Notes: generated by a model not told the origin, from the sequence alone. 63,993 nt of DNA, filler included, from Octopus bimaculoides (GCF_001194135.2; 8 parts of 8 records of this genome joined end to end with filler, not necessarily neighbours in it); one strand, 5' to 3'; shown: positions 1-13,112, numbered from the whole stretch's first letter. Made by a program: numbers and translations.

Positions 1-90
1 ACTCAATGATAAGTACAACTGGCAACACGAGGTTTTAGGGGTCGCACCGAGCTGTGTCGATATAACGTGGGATAAATGTAGTAGTGGTAC

Positions 91-160
<70 letters not shown>
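91..160 (+). repeat. (TAG)n microsatellite
   Basis: Direct read of ~23 TAG units; it produces the poly-Y ORF at 90..329. Confidence 0.97.
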
Positions 161-161
<1 letters not shown>

Positions 162-365
162 ATGATTGGGCCACACCTGCGAGGTCATGCGCTGTTTATC
201 TTGATATAAGATCACCATGTTGTGCACATATGATTGTGATGCCTGGTGTACCCTTATCAGACGGGTAGTCGTGATGGGTATACTGGGCTTCGGATATTTG
301 TACCCCAGTGCCACTTTGATGGAATGCACTGCTCTCTCTCACTCAATAATAATAATAATAATAAT
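162..365 (+). mobile_element. 3' end of a non-LTR retrotransposon or SINE-like element with a (TAA)n tail
   Basis: A more GC-rich 180-bp block ending ...gcactgctctctctcactc, followed directly by (AAT)n, embedded in TAG/TAA microsatellite. It resembles an octopus LINE 3' UTR I recall; clade not determined. Confidence 0.5.
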
Positions 366-467
366 CCATGGATGGAATTTATAAATATTTGTGGAAACGC
401 GCGTAGCGATGCCTTAAAATATTTATGAATTCCGTCCAAGGATTATTATCATCGTTATTATTATTAC

Positions 468-513
<46 letters not shown>

Positions 514-848
514 GATAGACAGACAGACAGATAGATATGAATACACACACTTTCATACATGTGGACATGCACATCCACACACAAGTACATTCCATAAGTC
601 TGAGCGCCTATTGAAGATAAAGATACCATTGAACTATGCNNNNNNNNNNNNNNNNNNNNNNNNNNNNNNNNNNNNNNNNNNNNNNNNNNNNNNNNNNNNN
701 NNNNNNNNNNNNNNNNNNNNNNNNNNNNNNNNNNNNNNNNNNNNNNNNNNNNNNNNNNNNNNNNNNNNNNNNNNNNNNNNAGAGTAAAAATTAACCAATC
801 ACAGGTGTGCTGCTAGTATTTTATCTAGAACGTTCGCTTCTGCTCTTA

Positions 849-861
849 ATGGCTGACGCTG
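849..861 (+). CDS. Candidate first coding exon (M-A-D-A, phase-1 donor); unverified
   Basis: ATGGCTGACGCTG followed by the consensus donor GTGAGT (862-867), with CCAAT at 795-799. No downstream exon could be linked with certainty. Confidence 0.2.
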
Positions 862-954
862 GTGAGTTTCTTCGGTCTTTGAGACACATTCATACATCCA
901 TGTTCGAAGCATACTGAAGTGATAAATGGATGAATATTTGAGCAAGCTGGGTGG

Positions 955-1207
955 ATGGTGGGAGGGAGGAGTGTTGTAATGGTGGTTGTGTTAGTGGTAA
1001 TGATGGTGGTGGTGATGGAGATAATGATTGTGATGGTGGTGGTGGCGGTGGTGGCGAGTGTGGTTGTAATGGCGGTGGTGATGGTTCTGGTGATAGTGGA
1101 GATGGTGGTGGTAGTTATGGTGATGGTTGTGGTGGTTGTTGTGGTGGTGGTGATGATGGTGTTTGTGGCGATGGCAATAGTGGTACTGGTTGTATTTGTG
1201 GTGCTGA

Positions 1208-1267
<60 letters not shown>

Positions 1268-1632
1268 CGGTGGTGATGGTGATGACGATGGTGGTGGTGA
1301 TGGTGGTAGTGGTGATGGTAACGATAATGCTGCTGGATAAGATGATCGTGATGATGGTGATGTTTGCAGAAATGGTGTTGTTAATGATGATGATGATGTT
1401 GGTGGTGGTGGTGAGGTTTAAGGTGAATGTAGTGTTGAGTGATGATCATGATGACCATAATGATGAGAGGGGAGGGGGTGATGATGGTTGGCAGCAGTGG
1501 TGGTGGTGGTGGTGGTGATGATGATGATGATGGTGGTTGTGATAGTGGCGGTGGTAGTAGTATCAATGGTAGTTATATTTAGTGTGGTGTTGGTGACGGT
1601 GGTGGTGGTGATGGTATTAATGGTTGGCGTGA

Positions 1633-1669
<37 letters not shown>

Positions 1670-1670
1670 A
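955..1670 (+). repeat. Compound G-rich triplet microsatellite (GGT/GAT/TAG/GTT)
   Basis: Degenerate triplet periodicity throughout; it generates the poly-V, poly-G/D, poly-S and poly-L ORFs. Confidence 0.93.
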
Positions 1671-1770
1671 GAACTAACCAGAAGCAGTGATGTAATAACT
1701 ACAATATCCGTTGCTGTTGGTTCGACCATAAAACCTAACTTAGCAGAACAAGTCACTGGGGCAGAGAAAT

Positions 1771-1831
1771 ACACACACACACACACACATACACACACTC
1801 ACAAATATGCACAACACATGCACACACTCAA

Positions 1832-1874
<43 letters not shown>

Positions 1875-2047
1875 CACACAGATACGCACATTTCTTGCTC
1901 TTTTACTATCAGTGACTCACCTTTCTTATACGTGTTCTTTCCCTATCTTCATCTCTTCATCACCATTTCTCTATCTCTGTCTCTCACACACACACACACT
2001 CGTATATATATCTGTGTGTGTGTGTATACACACATGGACATGCATGG

Positions 2048-2112
<65 letters not shown>

Positions 2113-2326
2113 CATATATATATATATGCATGTATGTACATGTGTGTGTATACGTGCATGCATACACAATGCACATATATTTATATAATTTATATATTTA
2201 TAAATATATGTATGTATATACACATATATAAATATGCTTATTGTACATACATAAATATATGTATAAATTTATATACATATATCATTTATAAATATGTATA
2301 TACACACATACTTGTATCTTCTATAC

Positions 2327-2368
<42 letters not shown>

Positions 2369-2534
2369 ATGCATGCATATATAACATTTTCCATATACAT
2401 ACCTTTCATTTACATGTGTGCGTATTATACATATACACTTATGAATGTGAATATATAAATATATCTATAAATACATATGTAAATATATATATGTGTGTGT
2501 ATGTATGTGTGTGTGTATATATATATATATATAT
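1771..2534. repeat. (CA)n/(TA)n/(TG)n dinucleotide microsatellite field
   Basis: Direct read; it runs into an assembly gap. Confidence 0.95.
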
Positions 2535-3159
2535 NNNNNNNNNNNNNNNNNNNNNNNNNNNNNNNNNNNNNNNNNNNNNNNNNNNNNNNNNNNNNNNNNN
2601 NNNNNNNNNNNNNNNNNNNNNNNNNNNNNNNNNNNNNNNNNNNNNNNNNNNNNNNNNNNNNNNNNNNNNNNNNNNNNNNNNNNNNNNNNNNNNNNNNNNN
2701 NNNNNNNNNNNNNNNNNNNNNNNNNNNNNNNNNNNNNNNNNNNNNNNNNNNNNNNNNNNNNNNNNNNNNNNNNNNNNNNNNNNNNNNNNNNNNNNNNNNN
2801 NNNNNNNNNNNNNNNNNNNNNNNNNNNNNNNNNNNNNNNNNNNNNNNNNNNNNNNNNNNNNNNNNNNNNNNNNNNNNNNNNNNNNNNNNNNNNNNNNNNN
2901 NNNNNNNNNNNNNNNNNNNNNNNNNNNNNNNNNNNNNNNNNNNNNNNNNNNNNNNNNNNNNNNNNNNNNNNNNNNNNNNNNNNNNNNNNNNNNNNNNNNN
3001 NNNNNNNNNNNNNNNNNNNNNNNNNNNNNNNNNNNNNNNNNNNNNNNNNNNNNNNNNNNNNNNNNNNNNNNNNNNNNNNNNNNNNNNNNNNNNNNNNNNN
3101 NNNNNNNNNNNNNNNNNNNNNNNNNNNNNNNNNNNNNNNNNNNNNNNNNNNNNNNNNNN

Positions 3160-3580
3160 GAGTTGCTTGACAAATATTAATGTCTTTGAACTCGTTTCAA
3201 GCAGCCAGTCTCGCTCTGTTTCTGCTGTTTCTGAGCTTTGCTTCTTGCAGGTCTTAATGCTTCTAAAATTGCTTGACAGATGTGAGTTACTTTGATCTCG
3301 TTTCAAACAGTCAGTCCCATACCTTGCTCCGTTTCTCCCCAAAAGTTTTCAGTGTAGTACTGGAGATGGTGTCTCTGAGAGCATCACGTCACATCAGAGC
3401 AGTGCGTTTGTGTCTGGTGTGTTTGCGGAAAAAGCATCCTCCAACACCTGATAAATGAACTCGGTCGATTTGCCTAGGAGTTGTGTCATGCTGGCATCTT
3501 TCCGCTGCTTCACAGTTCGTTTCATATAATGCATCTTTGATTGAAGTCTTATCTTGAACTAAACTAAGGAATTATCTGTT
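3160..3580 (-). mobile_element. Degenerate RTE-clade LINE ORF fragment (region between endonuclease and RT)
   Basis: Minus-strand translation with stops and frameshifts: EFIYQVLEDAFSANTPDTNA / DALRDTISSTTLKTFGEKRSKVWD*LFETRSK / AILEALRPARSKAQKQ. This parallels the RTE/BovB-type segment W..LRDTI...AL.TFGKK..K..DWF and L..LR.ARSK.Q. Confidence 0.65.
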
Positions 3581-3695
3581 CATGTTGTTGAAATTCCAAT
3601 GAAGGAGCCTTGGATTTAGGTTAGAAACCGGTTCTTTTTCTATTGGCAAGAAATCTTGAAATAAAACTGAATAAGGACATACATACATACATACA

Positions 3696-3726
<31 letters not shown>

Positions 3727-4250
3727 GTGTGTGTGTGTGTAGGAAGAGAACTGGGTGGCTGACAGTTAAAAAAGAAAGAAGAAAAATCTGAGAAAAAGAG
3801 AAAGAAGTTTGAGCAGAGGAAAGATGGAATAAGAGATATATTTGGAACAGAATGACAATAGAAAAGAACAGTAAACGAAAAAAGGGAGAAGAACGAATAT
3901 GGAGGAGGAGGAGGAGGAGGAGGAGGAGGAAGTGGAGGAGGAGGAGGTAGTGGNNNNNNNNNNNNNNNNNNNNNNNNNNNNNNNNNNNNNNNNNNNNNNN
4001 NNNNNNNNNNNNNNNNNNNNNNNNNNNNNNNNNNNNNNNNNNNNNNNNNNNNNNNNNNNNNNNNNNNNNNNNNNNNNNNNNNNNNNNNNNNNNNNNNNNN
4101 NNNNNNNNNNNNNNNNNNNNNNNNNNNNNNNNNNNNNNNNNNNNNNNNNNNNNNNNNNNNNNNNNNNNNNNNNNNNNNNNNNNNNNNNNNNNNNNNNNNN
4201 NNNNNNNNNNNNNNNNNNNNNNNNNNNNNNNNNNNNNNNNNNNNNNNNNN

Positions 4251-4308
<58 letters not shown>

Positions 4309-4738
4309 CACATACAAGCTGAAAGAATTAACTCTGATAACAATAAATTATATTCTATTGGCCTATTAACCGTCCATAATTGCAAATCTATGTTAGACCC
4401 AGTGTATGTACGTGTATGTGTGTATCAATCTATATCAGTCTATGGATGTGCGTGTGTATGTGTGTTTTTGCGCATGCGCATGTCTGCTGGCAGGAGTATG
4501 TGATCGACAGAAGTTAATTAGGGTAAGAGTCTAATCGAGACACCTTTTCCTGAAGTCAATCTTGTGGTGTTACGTAATTTCTTCCAAGATGTCCTTCCAT
4601 ATAATTTGATATGTTTTACTGTTAAAATAACTCGTTTCGGTTTCTTTCTTGTTTTTACTCTACACTTGTGTATAAATATATGCGTGTATAATATATGCAC
4701 ATGTACACATACACACGCACTCACACACACACACATAG

Positions 4739-4783
<45 letters not shown>

Positions 4784-5529
4784 NNNNNNNNNNNNNNNNN
4801 NNNNNNNNNNNNNNNNNNNNNNNNNNNNNNNNNNNNNNNNNNNNNNNNNNNNNNNNNNNNNNNNNNNNNNNNNNNNNNNNNNNNNNNNNNNNNNNNNNNN
4901 NNNNNNNNNNNNNNNNNNNNNNNNNNNNNNNNNNNNNNNNNNNNNNNNNNNNNNNNNNNNNNNNNNNNNNNNNNNNNNNNNNNNNNNNNNNNNNNNNNNN
5001 NNNNNNNNNNNNNNNNNNNNNNNNNNNNNNNNNNNNNNNNNNNNNNNNNNNNNNNNNNNNNNNNNNNNNNNNNNNNNNNNNNNNNNNNNNNNNNNNNNNN
5101 NNNNNNNNNNNNNNNNNNNNNNNNNNNNNNNNNNNNNNNNNNNNNNNNNNNNNNNNNNNNNNNNNNNNNNNNNNNNNNNNNNNNNNNNNNNNNNNNNNNN
5201 NNNNNNNNNNNNNNNNNNNNNNNNNNNNNNNNNNNNNNNNNNNNNNNNNNNNNNNNNNNNNNNNNNNNNNNNNNNNNNNNNNNNNNNNNNNNNNNNNNNN
5301 NNNNNNNNNNNNNNNNNNNNNNNNNNNNNNNNNNNNNNNNNNNNNNNNNNNNNNNNNNNNNNNNNNNNNNNNNNNNNNNNNNNNNNNNNNNNNNNNNNNN
5401 NNNNNNNNNNNNNNNNNNNNNNNNNNNNNNNNNNNNNNNNNNNNNNNNNNNNNNNNNNNNNNNNNNNNNNNTTGTGTATATATGTAGATATGTTTGTGTA
5501 TATATGTATAGATATGTATCTATATATTA

Positions 5530-5735
5530 TATATACGTAAATTACATAAATATAATATACAATATATATAATTAATATATGTAAATATATATATATGTAT
5601 ATATACATATACGTAAATTACATAAATATAATATATAATTAATATATGTAAATATATATATGCATATATGTATATATATATATGTAAATATATGTATATA
5701 CGTAAATTACATAAATATATAATTAATATATATAT
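5530..5735. repeat. AT-rich minisatellite, ~3 degenerate units
   Basis: The motif atacgtaaattacataaatat...aattaatatat recurs near 5533, 5608 and 5699. Confidence 0.8.
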
Positions 5736-6353
5736 ACATAAATTACATATATATCATATATATATATATATATATGTACCACTTACTGGTATAGGCCTCA
5801 TAGATCTCCCAGAAATAATAATATAATACTTAGTGTTCAATATAGAATATTGAATGGGTCAAACAAACACGACCAACCATTTACCCTCAGACATCAAAGA
5901 CATTTAGCCATAACCTACTTGGAAACGAATCAGTTCTTTGTCTTCCGATATTTCCATAACATTCTCTTTCCTCTATTTGTATTTTGTCTGGGCCTGCCTG
6001 CTTATGTGCATTATATGTATGTATGTACGAACTGATATATGTGTGTGTCTGTGTGATTGTGTTGTGTGTGTGTGTGTGTGTGGAGGGAGGGTGGTATGTA
6101 CGTATGTATGTATGTATGTGTGTGTGCGTATACATATGTGTATGTTTGTTCTTGTGTATATATGTGTGTGTATATATGTGTTTGTGTTTGTATATGTGTA
6201 TCTATGTATCCCTTGGTATGCAAACATATTTGTATGTATACAAGTAGTTATGCGTGTTTATGTTCGTTTGCATATATATAGATATATATATACATTTATA
6301 TGCATATGAGATATATATGTATATGTATATATGTGTGTGTGTGCATATGATAT

Positions 6354-6401
<48 letters not shown>

Positions 6402-7339
6402 GTCAACATATATATATATATATATATNNNNNNNNNNNNNNNNNNNNNNNNNNNNNNNNNNNNNNNNNNNNNNNNNNNNNNNNNNNNNNNNNNNNNNNNN
6501 NNNNNNNNNNNNNNNNNNNNNNNNNNNNNNNNNNNNNNNNNNNNNNNNNNNNNNNNNNNNNNNNNNNNNNNNNNNNNNNNNNNNNNNNNNNNNNNNNNNN
6601 NNNNNNNNNNNNNNNNNNNNNNNNNNNNNNNNNNNNNNNNNNNNNNNNNNNNNNNNNNNNNNNNNNNNNNNNNNNNNNNNNNNNNNNNNNNNNNNNNNNN
6701 NNNNNNNNNNNNNNNNNNNNNNNNNNNNNNNNNNNNNNNNNNNNNNNNNNNNNNNNNNNNNNNNNNNNNNNNNNNNNNNNNNNNNNNNNNNNNNNNNNNN
6801 NNNNNNNNNNNNNNNNNNNNNNNNNNNNNNNNNNNNNNNNNNNNNNNNNNNNNNNNNNNNNNNNNNNNNNNNNNNNNNNNNNNNNNNNNNNNNNNNNNNN
6901 NNNNNNNNNNNNNNNNNNNNNNNNNNNNNNNNNNNNNNNNNNNNNNNNNNNNNNNNNNNNNNNNNNNNNNNNNNNNNNNNNNNNNNNNNNNNNNNNNNNN
7001 NNNNNNNNNNNNNNNNNNNNNNNNNNNNNNNNNNNNNNNNNNNNNNNNNNNNNNNNNNNNNNNNNNNNNNNNNNNNNNNNNNNNNNNNNNNNNNNNNNNN
7101 NNNNNNNNNNNNNNNNNNNNNNNNNNNNNNNNNNNNNNNNNNNNNNNNNNNNNNNNNNNNNNNNNNNNNNNNNNNNNNNNNNNNNNNNNNNNNNNNNNNN
7201 NNNNNNNNNNNNNNNNNNNNNNNNNNNNNNNNNNNNNNNNNNNNNNNNNNNNNNNNNNNNNNNNNNNNNNNNNNNNNNNNNNNGGCAGAACGGTTAGCAC
7301 ACCAGACAAAATGCTTCGAGGCAGTTTGTTGTTGTTATT

Positions 7340-7574
7340 AAGGCGGTGAGCTGACAGAAACGTTAGCGTGCCGGGCGAAATGCTGAGCGATATTTCGTCT
7401 GCCGTTACGTTCTGAGTTCAAATTCCGCCGAGGTCGACTTTGCCTTTCATCCTTTCGGGGTCGATAAATTAAGTACCAGTTACGCACTGGAGTCGATGCA
7501 ATCGACTTAATCCGTCTGTCTGTCCTTGTTTGTCCCCTCTATGTTTAGCCCCTTGTGGGCAATAAAGAAATAAG
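7340..7574 (+). mobile_element. tRNA-derived SINE, family A (full length)
   Basis: Head aaggcggtgagctgacagaaacgttagc, B-box-like gagttcaaattcc, central gtcgactttgcctttcatcctttcggggtcgataaattaagtaccag, A-rich tail. Homologous to copies at 14971, 21981 and 46346. Confidence 0.9.
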
Positions 7575-7710
7575 GAAGTGAGCTGACAGAATTATTAGAA
7601 CGCCGGGCGTAACGTTGAGCAGCATTTCGTCTGTCCTTACGTTCCAAGTTCAAATTCCGCCTAGGTCGACTTTGTCTTTTATCTTTTGGGGGTCGATAAA
7701 TCAAGTACCA
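7575..7710 (+). mobile_element. SINE family A, 3'-truncated tandem copy
   Basis: Second head plus central domain immediately after the tail of the previous copy. Confidence 0.85.
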
Positions 7711-7926
7711 CGAACGGAGTGTACATATGTCTGTTGTTCACATTTTTCATTTTTCGAATTTAGGAGTGTTTTCCAAAATTAAAAAAAAATTCACTCTGAG
7801 CATATAAAAATATCATGTCCGGCTCAGCTCTTTAGGAAACTGGTCGGCTTAATAACAAAAAGATATAACAATTTCAACAAATAATTTTCTATTTTTCAAA
7901 AAAGACAAATTAAAATACATGTTACT

Positions 7927-7928
<2 letters not shown>

Positions 7929-8000
<72 letters not shown>
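7929..8000 (+). repeat. (TAA)n microsatellite
   Basis: Direct read. Confidence 0.97.
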
Positions 8001-8342
8001 TTCCATTTGTATTTATTTGAGATTTAACATTTTTATTAATTTTATAATCCAAACCACCGTCATCATCATCATTATCATCATCACCATCACCACAACCATC
8101 AACACTATTATTATCATTATTGTTGTTGTTGTTGATAATCATTGTTCATCATTACAATTTTTATCATTATTGTTATTATTATCATTATTAATAATAATAA
8201 TAATTATTATTATTATTATTAATATTTTTTATTTGTATTATCATTACTACAGCAAGAGAGATTGGTAAAAACATGTGAGAGACAGAGAGAGAGAGAGAGA
8301 CAGAGAAAGGGATTGAGAGAGACAGAGAGAGAGAGAGAGACC

Positions 8343-8380
<38 letters not shown>

Positions 8381-8799
8381 GAGATTGAGAAGGATAGAAG
8401 AATATCAACCCTAAATGAACTTCAGCACATAACTGTTCACACATACAAGTCAACGCCATCTTTATATTCTCCAGAGTTTATAATAAAAAAAGACAAGCAC
8501 CAATAAGACAGAAAGACCATCCCCATGCATAGTAGGAAGATGAGACTACAACTACCACCACTGCTACGACTATTGCTACTATTACTACAACTATTATCAT
8601 TATTATTATTGTCGATTGCGAACAGCTTCCTCCCACCCACACACACACATGTATACATATACACACGCACATTAATTCTCTACACATCGGTGCAGCAAAG
8701 AAATTATAAAATTCTGTATACCTGCAGGAGGGCCTGCAAAGAGCATGGGCACCGCCCTAGCTATTTCACTGAAATAATTATATAAGTTTGTAACACAGG

Positions 8800-8990
8800 C
8801 ACGAGATCAGAAATTTGGGTGAAGTGTACGGATGATTAAGCTAAACACAGCACGTGACTGGTGCTGTATTTCTTTGATTCCCAAAAGAACAAAAAGGCAT
8901 GGTTGACCTTGGTCGGATTTGAACTCAGAATGTAAACGCTTTCGTCGCAACTCTTTGTTGGATGCTTTAATGACTCTGCTAATCTTGACA
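8800..8990 (-). mobile_element. Old degenerate SINE family A
   Basis: gactggtgctgtatttc...aaaggcatggttgaccttggtcggatttgaactcagaatgtaa matches the reverse complement of family A with many substitutions. Confidence 0.65.
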
Positions 8991-11168
8991 GAAAACGAAC
9001 TCAGGTCATCAGGTTTCGTAATACAGTAAGTATTACTGAGGCTCTTGACGATTTTTCCAATTACGGAAAAAAAAAACCGAATGTAGAACTTAAAGGGCTG
9101 CAACTAAATACATGTTGCCTTGTTTATCGCTGATTCATCTTTCACTGATGTAGGATAGGATAACACGGTGTTCTTATTATGAACAATTACGCTTATCACA
9201 AATTGATCTGTGCTAACAGGGGCCGGTATTCACTCGAAGATTCTGATTCGACTGAAAACGTGCACCCCAGCGACCATACACAATGCTAAACACAATTTGG
9301 GGGCGGCCTCAGAACGGAAGTATTTTCTCCCATACGTTCTATTGTTCATTTATCGCTGCTTCATTTAACACGGTGTTTTTCGCATTTTTAGCCAAACACT
9401 CGCGATAAACGAGGATAGTTGTATCGTTTCTCGTCTGTCATTCTACCAAGTCTTCCAAAAATAAAGACAAAATAATATGTCGCTGACATAGTCTCCAGGT
9501 TGCTGGAGGAAATATATATATATATATATANNNNNNNNNNNNNNNNNNNNNNNNNNNNNNNNNNNNNNNNNNNNNNNNNNNNNNNNNNNNNNNNNNNNNN
9601 NNNNNNNNNNNNNNNNNNNNNNNNNNNNNNNNNNNNNNNNNNNNNNNNNNNNNNNNNNNNNNNNNNNNNNNNNNNNNNNNNNNNNNNNNNNNNNNNNNNN
9701 NNNNNNNNNNNNNNNNNNNNNNNNNNNNNNNNNNNNNNNNNNNNNNNNNNNNNNNNNNNNNNNNNNNNNNNNNNNNNNNNNNNNNNNNNNNNNNNNNNNN
9801 NNNNNNNNNNNNNNNNNNNNNNNNNNNNNNNNNNNNNNNNNNNNNNNNNNNNNNNNNNNNNNNNNNNNNNNNNNNNNNNNNNNNNNNNNNNNNNNNNNNN
9901 NNNNNNNNNNNNNNNNNNNNNNNNNNNNNNNNNNNNNNNNNNNNNNNNNNNNNNNNNNNNNNNNNNNNNNNNNNNNNNNNNNAAAATATTATTTTTTTAA
10001 GGTTTTCGATTTTTCAAGAACCAAACAAATTAATAATAATAATAATAATGATAATATTAAGTTCTTTGTGAAATTTCTCTAAAAACCAACTCTCAACACA
10101 CGCAGAATAAGTAGATTGGCGCGCGCACACACACACACACACACACACATACATACATATATATATATACACACACATACACAATCATGCATAAACACAC
10201 ACAGTTCTGAAACTGTTGCAATATACAGTCCTTCATTTTTTTTTTGTTCTCTTTTGACTTTATATAATCGGTCTTTTTTTTTATATATTTTTGTCCAAAT
10301 CTTCATCTAATTTATTCAACATATTCTCTTAATAGATCTTTTTTTTTTTTTCGCATTTATTATTTTTTTCTTAAGATCAATTTCTTTCACTTCATTGTTT
10401 TTGTTCGGCATGTGTTCTTCCTTTTTCTCTTAGACATGTTTCAGTCTTTCTCATTTCTTTTATGTATGTTTTTCTCTTTATTCCATTATACTTTCAATCC
10501 AGTATCATCAACATCATCATCATTGTTATCATTATTATTATTATTATTATTAAACCTCCTTAAAATTGACACAGAGTATTCAAATGATTCGCAACCAAAC
10601 TAGGCACAATTGAATGTTGTTTTTTTGGGGTTTTTTTGTTTCGTGGTTTATATACTTTAAAATTCGTTTTTTTTTTTAAAAAAAAAAACGCCCTCAAACA
10701 AATTAAATGAATGATTAAAATAAGATAATTAAATAAGAAAAATAAATACATGTATGTTATAAGTGTATGTATGTATAGTATGTATATATGTATGTATATT
10801 ACGTATGTGTGTATGTTTGTATGCATGTGTGTATGTTATGTATATGGTATGTATTTTATGTACATATGTATGTTAGCATGAATGTATGTATATTCGTGTG
10901 TATGCATGATCGTATGTACGTGTGTGATGCTCCTCCTCCTCCTCAGAATCATCATCATCATCGTTATCATCAACATCATCATCGTCACTTCTATAAGAAT
11001 CAACTCAACGAAAGAGAAAATTCACAGGAAAAACAATCACAACAAACAAAATGTCCTTTTGAAGTATTTTGGTTTAACAAAGTTTGTCCTTCGCTGTTGA
11101 AAGAATTATGTCCTGGAAATTAAATGTGGATGGGAGACGAGTTATTCGAGAAACTATACACTATAGAC

Positions 11169-11447
11169 CAGGGGTTTCCAAACTGTGGTCCGCAAGGACG
11201 AGACAGGGGGTCCGTGGAAAGCAAATACTTTTTATGGGCAATTTGATTTTATATATGTTTTTTAATCGAAATCTTTTAATTGACAATAAACCTATTTGTT
11301 AAATACTGTTAAATAAATAAATGTAAAGATATATGTTATTTTAAGCAAATATTTATGTATAAATTTCATAACCGTTTACAAGGGGGTCCCTAAGGTAAAG
11401 CCTGAAATATAAAGGGGTCCGCAAGTCAAGAAGTTTGAAAACCCCTG
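11169..11447. mobile_element. hAT-superfamily MITE (279 bp)
   Basis: TIRs caggggtttccaaact / agtttgaaaacccctg. 8-bp TSD ctatagac (11161-11168) / ctatacac (11448-11455). Subterminal ggggtccg motifs. Confidence 0.9.
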
Positions 11448-13034
11448 CTATACACTATTTTTACAAAATTGTGCTGTTGTGCAGNNNNNNNNNNNNNNNN
11501 NNNNNNNNNNNNNNNNNNNNNNNNNNNNNNNNNNNNNNNNNNNNNNNNNNNNNNNNNNNNNNNNNNNNNNNNNNNNNNNNNNNNNNNNNNNNNNNNNNNN
11601 NNNNNNNNNNNNNNNNNNNNNNNNNNNNNNNNNNNNNNNNNNNNNNNNNNNNNNNNNNNNNNNNNNNNNNNNNNNNNNNNNNNNNNNNNNNNNNNNNNNN
11701 NNNNNNNNNNNNNNNNNNNNNNNNNNNNNNNNNNNNNNNNNNNNNNNNNNNNNNNNNNNNNNNNNNNNNNNNNNNNNNNNNNNNNNNNNNNNNNNNNNNN
11801 NNNNNNNNNNNNNNNNNNNNNNNNNNNNNNNNNNNNNNNNNNNNNNNNNNNNNNNNNNNNNNNNNNNNNNNNNNNNNNNNNNNNNNNNNNNNNNNNNNNN
11901 NNNNNNNNNNNNNNNNNNNNNNNNNNNNNNNNNNNNNNNNNNNNNNNNNNNNNNNNNNNNNNNNNNNNNNNNNNNNNNNNNNNNNNNNNNNNNNNNNNNN
12001 NNNNNNNNNNNNNNNNNNNNNNNNNNNNNNNNNNNNNNNNNNNNNNNNNNNNNNNNNNNNNNNNNNNNNNNNNNNNNNNNNNNNNNNNNNNNNNNNNNNN
12101 NNNNNNNNNNNNNNNNNNNNNNNNNNNNNNNNNNNNNNNNNNNNNNNNNNNNNNNNNNNNNNNNNNNNNNNNNNNNNNNNNNNNNNNNNNNNNNNNNNNN
12201 NNNNNNNNNNNNNNNNNNNNNNNNNNNNNNNNNNNNNNNNNNNNNNNNNNNNNNNNNNNNNNNNNNNNNNNNNNNNNNNNNNNNNNNNNNNNNNNNNNNN
12301 NNNNNNNNNNNNNNNNNNNNNNNNNNNNNNNNNNNNNNNNNNNNNNNNNNNNNNNNNNNNNNNNNNNNNNNNNNNNNNNNNNNNNNNNNNNNNNNNNNNN
12401 NNNNNNNNNNNNNNNNNNNNNNNNNNNNNNNNNNNNNGCTATTATGAGCTAACGCTACTGCACCAATGAAAAACTCAACAATCAGGAGAAACTATTCATT
12501 ACGAACAAAGAAGGGTTTTATCGTGAGTAACCTCCCCTGAACCTTTTTTTTCTTTTTTCCCCACCTCATTACAATACGGAAACGGTTTTAATTGGAGAAA
12601 TCATAACAAGGAGTAAATGTATAACACATTGTAGTTGTATGTAATTGCCTCCGTACGTATAACAGTATATCCTTCATGATGTAATAGTTTGACTTCGAAC
12701 GCAATATATCAAATAAATGAACTTGCTAACCGTGTAGAAAAATGCATTTGTTTACTTTAAATGATTATAAACTCACTTAAACGCATCCGGGATTTAACTA
12801 AAAGACATCCGTTCCTTGTAACGTGGTAACTTTCATCGAACAATTATAATGTAATAACATTTAATATTTGTTAGTAGAACATCTGAGAATTACTTCCCTT
12901 GAAATCATTTCCGGAATAAGCACAAGGCCGGAAATTTGTGGGGAGGAGCCAGTAGGTTAACCCCCTGTTGCTCGATTGCTACTTATTTGAGAACCAAAAT
13001 GGCAAAAGGCAAATAGCATGGCTTCAGTCGCTGT

Positions 13035-13112
13035 TTCGACCGACCTCCCGGTGAGTGAATGTCTTAGACGGAATTGAAAGAATCCCGTCATATAGTATAT
13101 TATTATGTGTGC

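Noticed and set aside
12486-12522. Exon candidate ending in GTGAGT
   Set aside because: No polypyrimidine tract before the AG, and the upstream context is lost in a gap.
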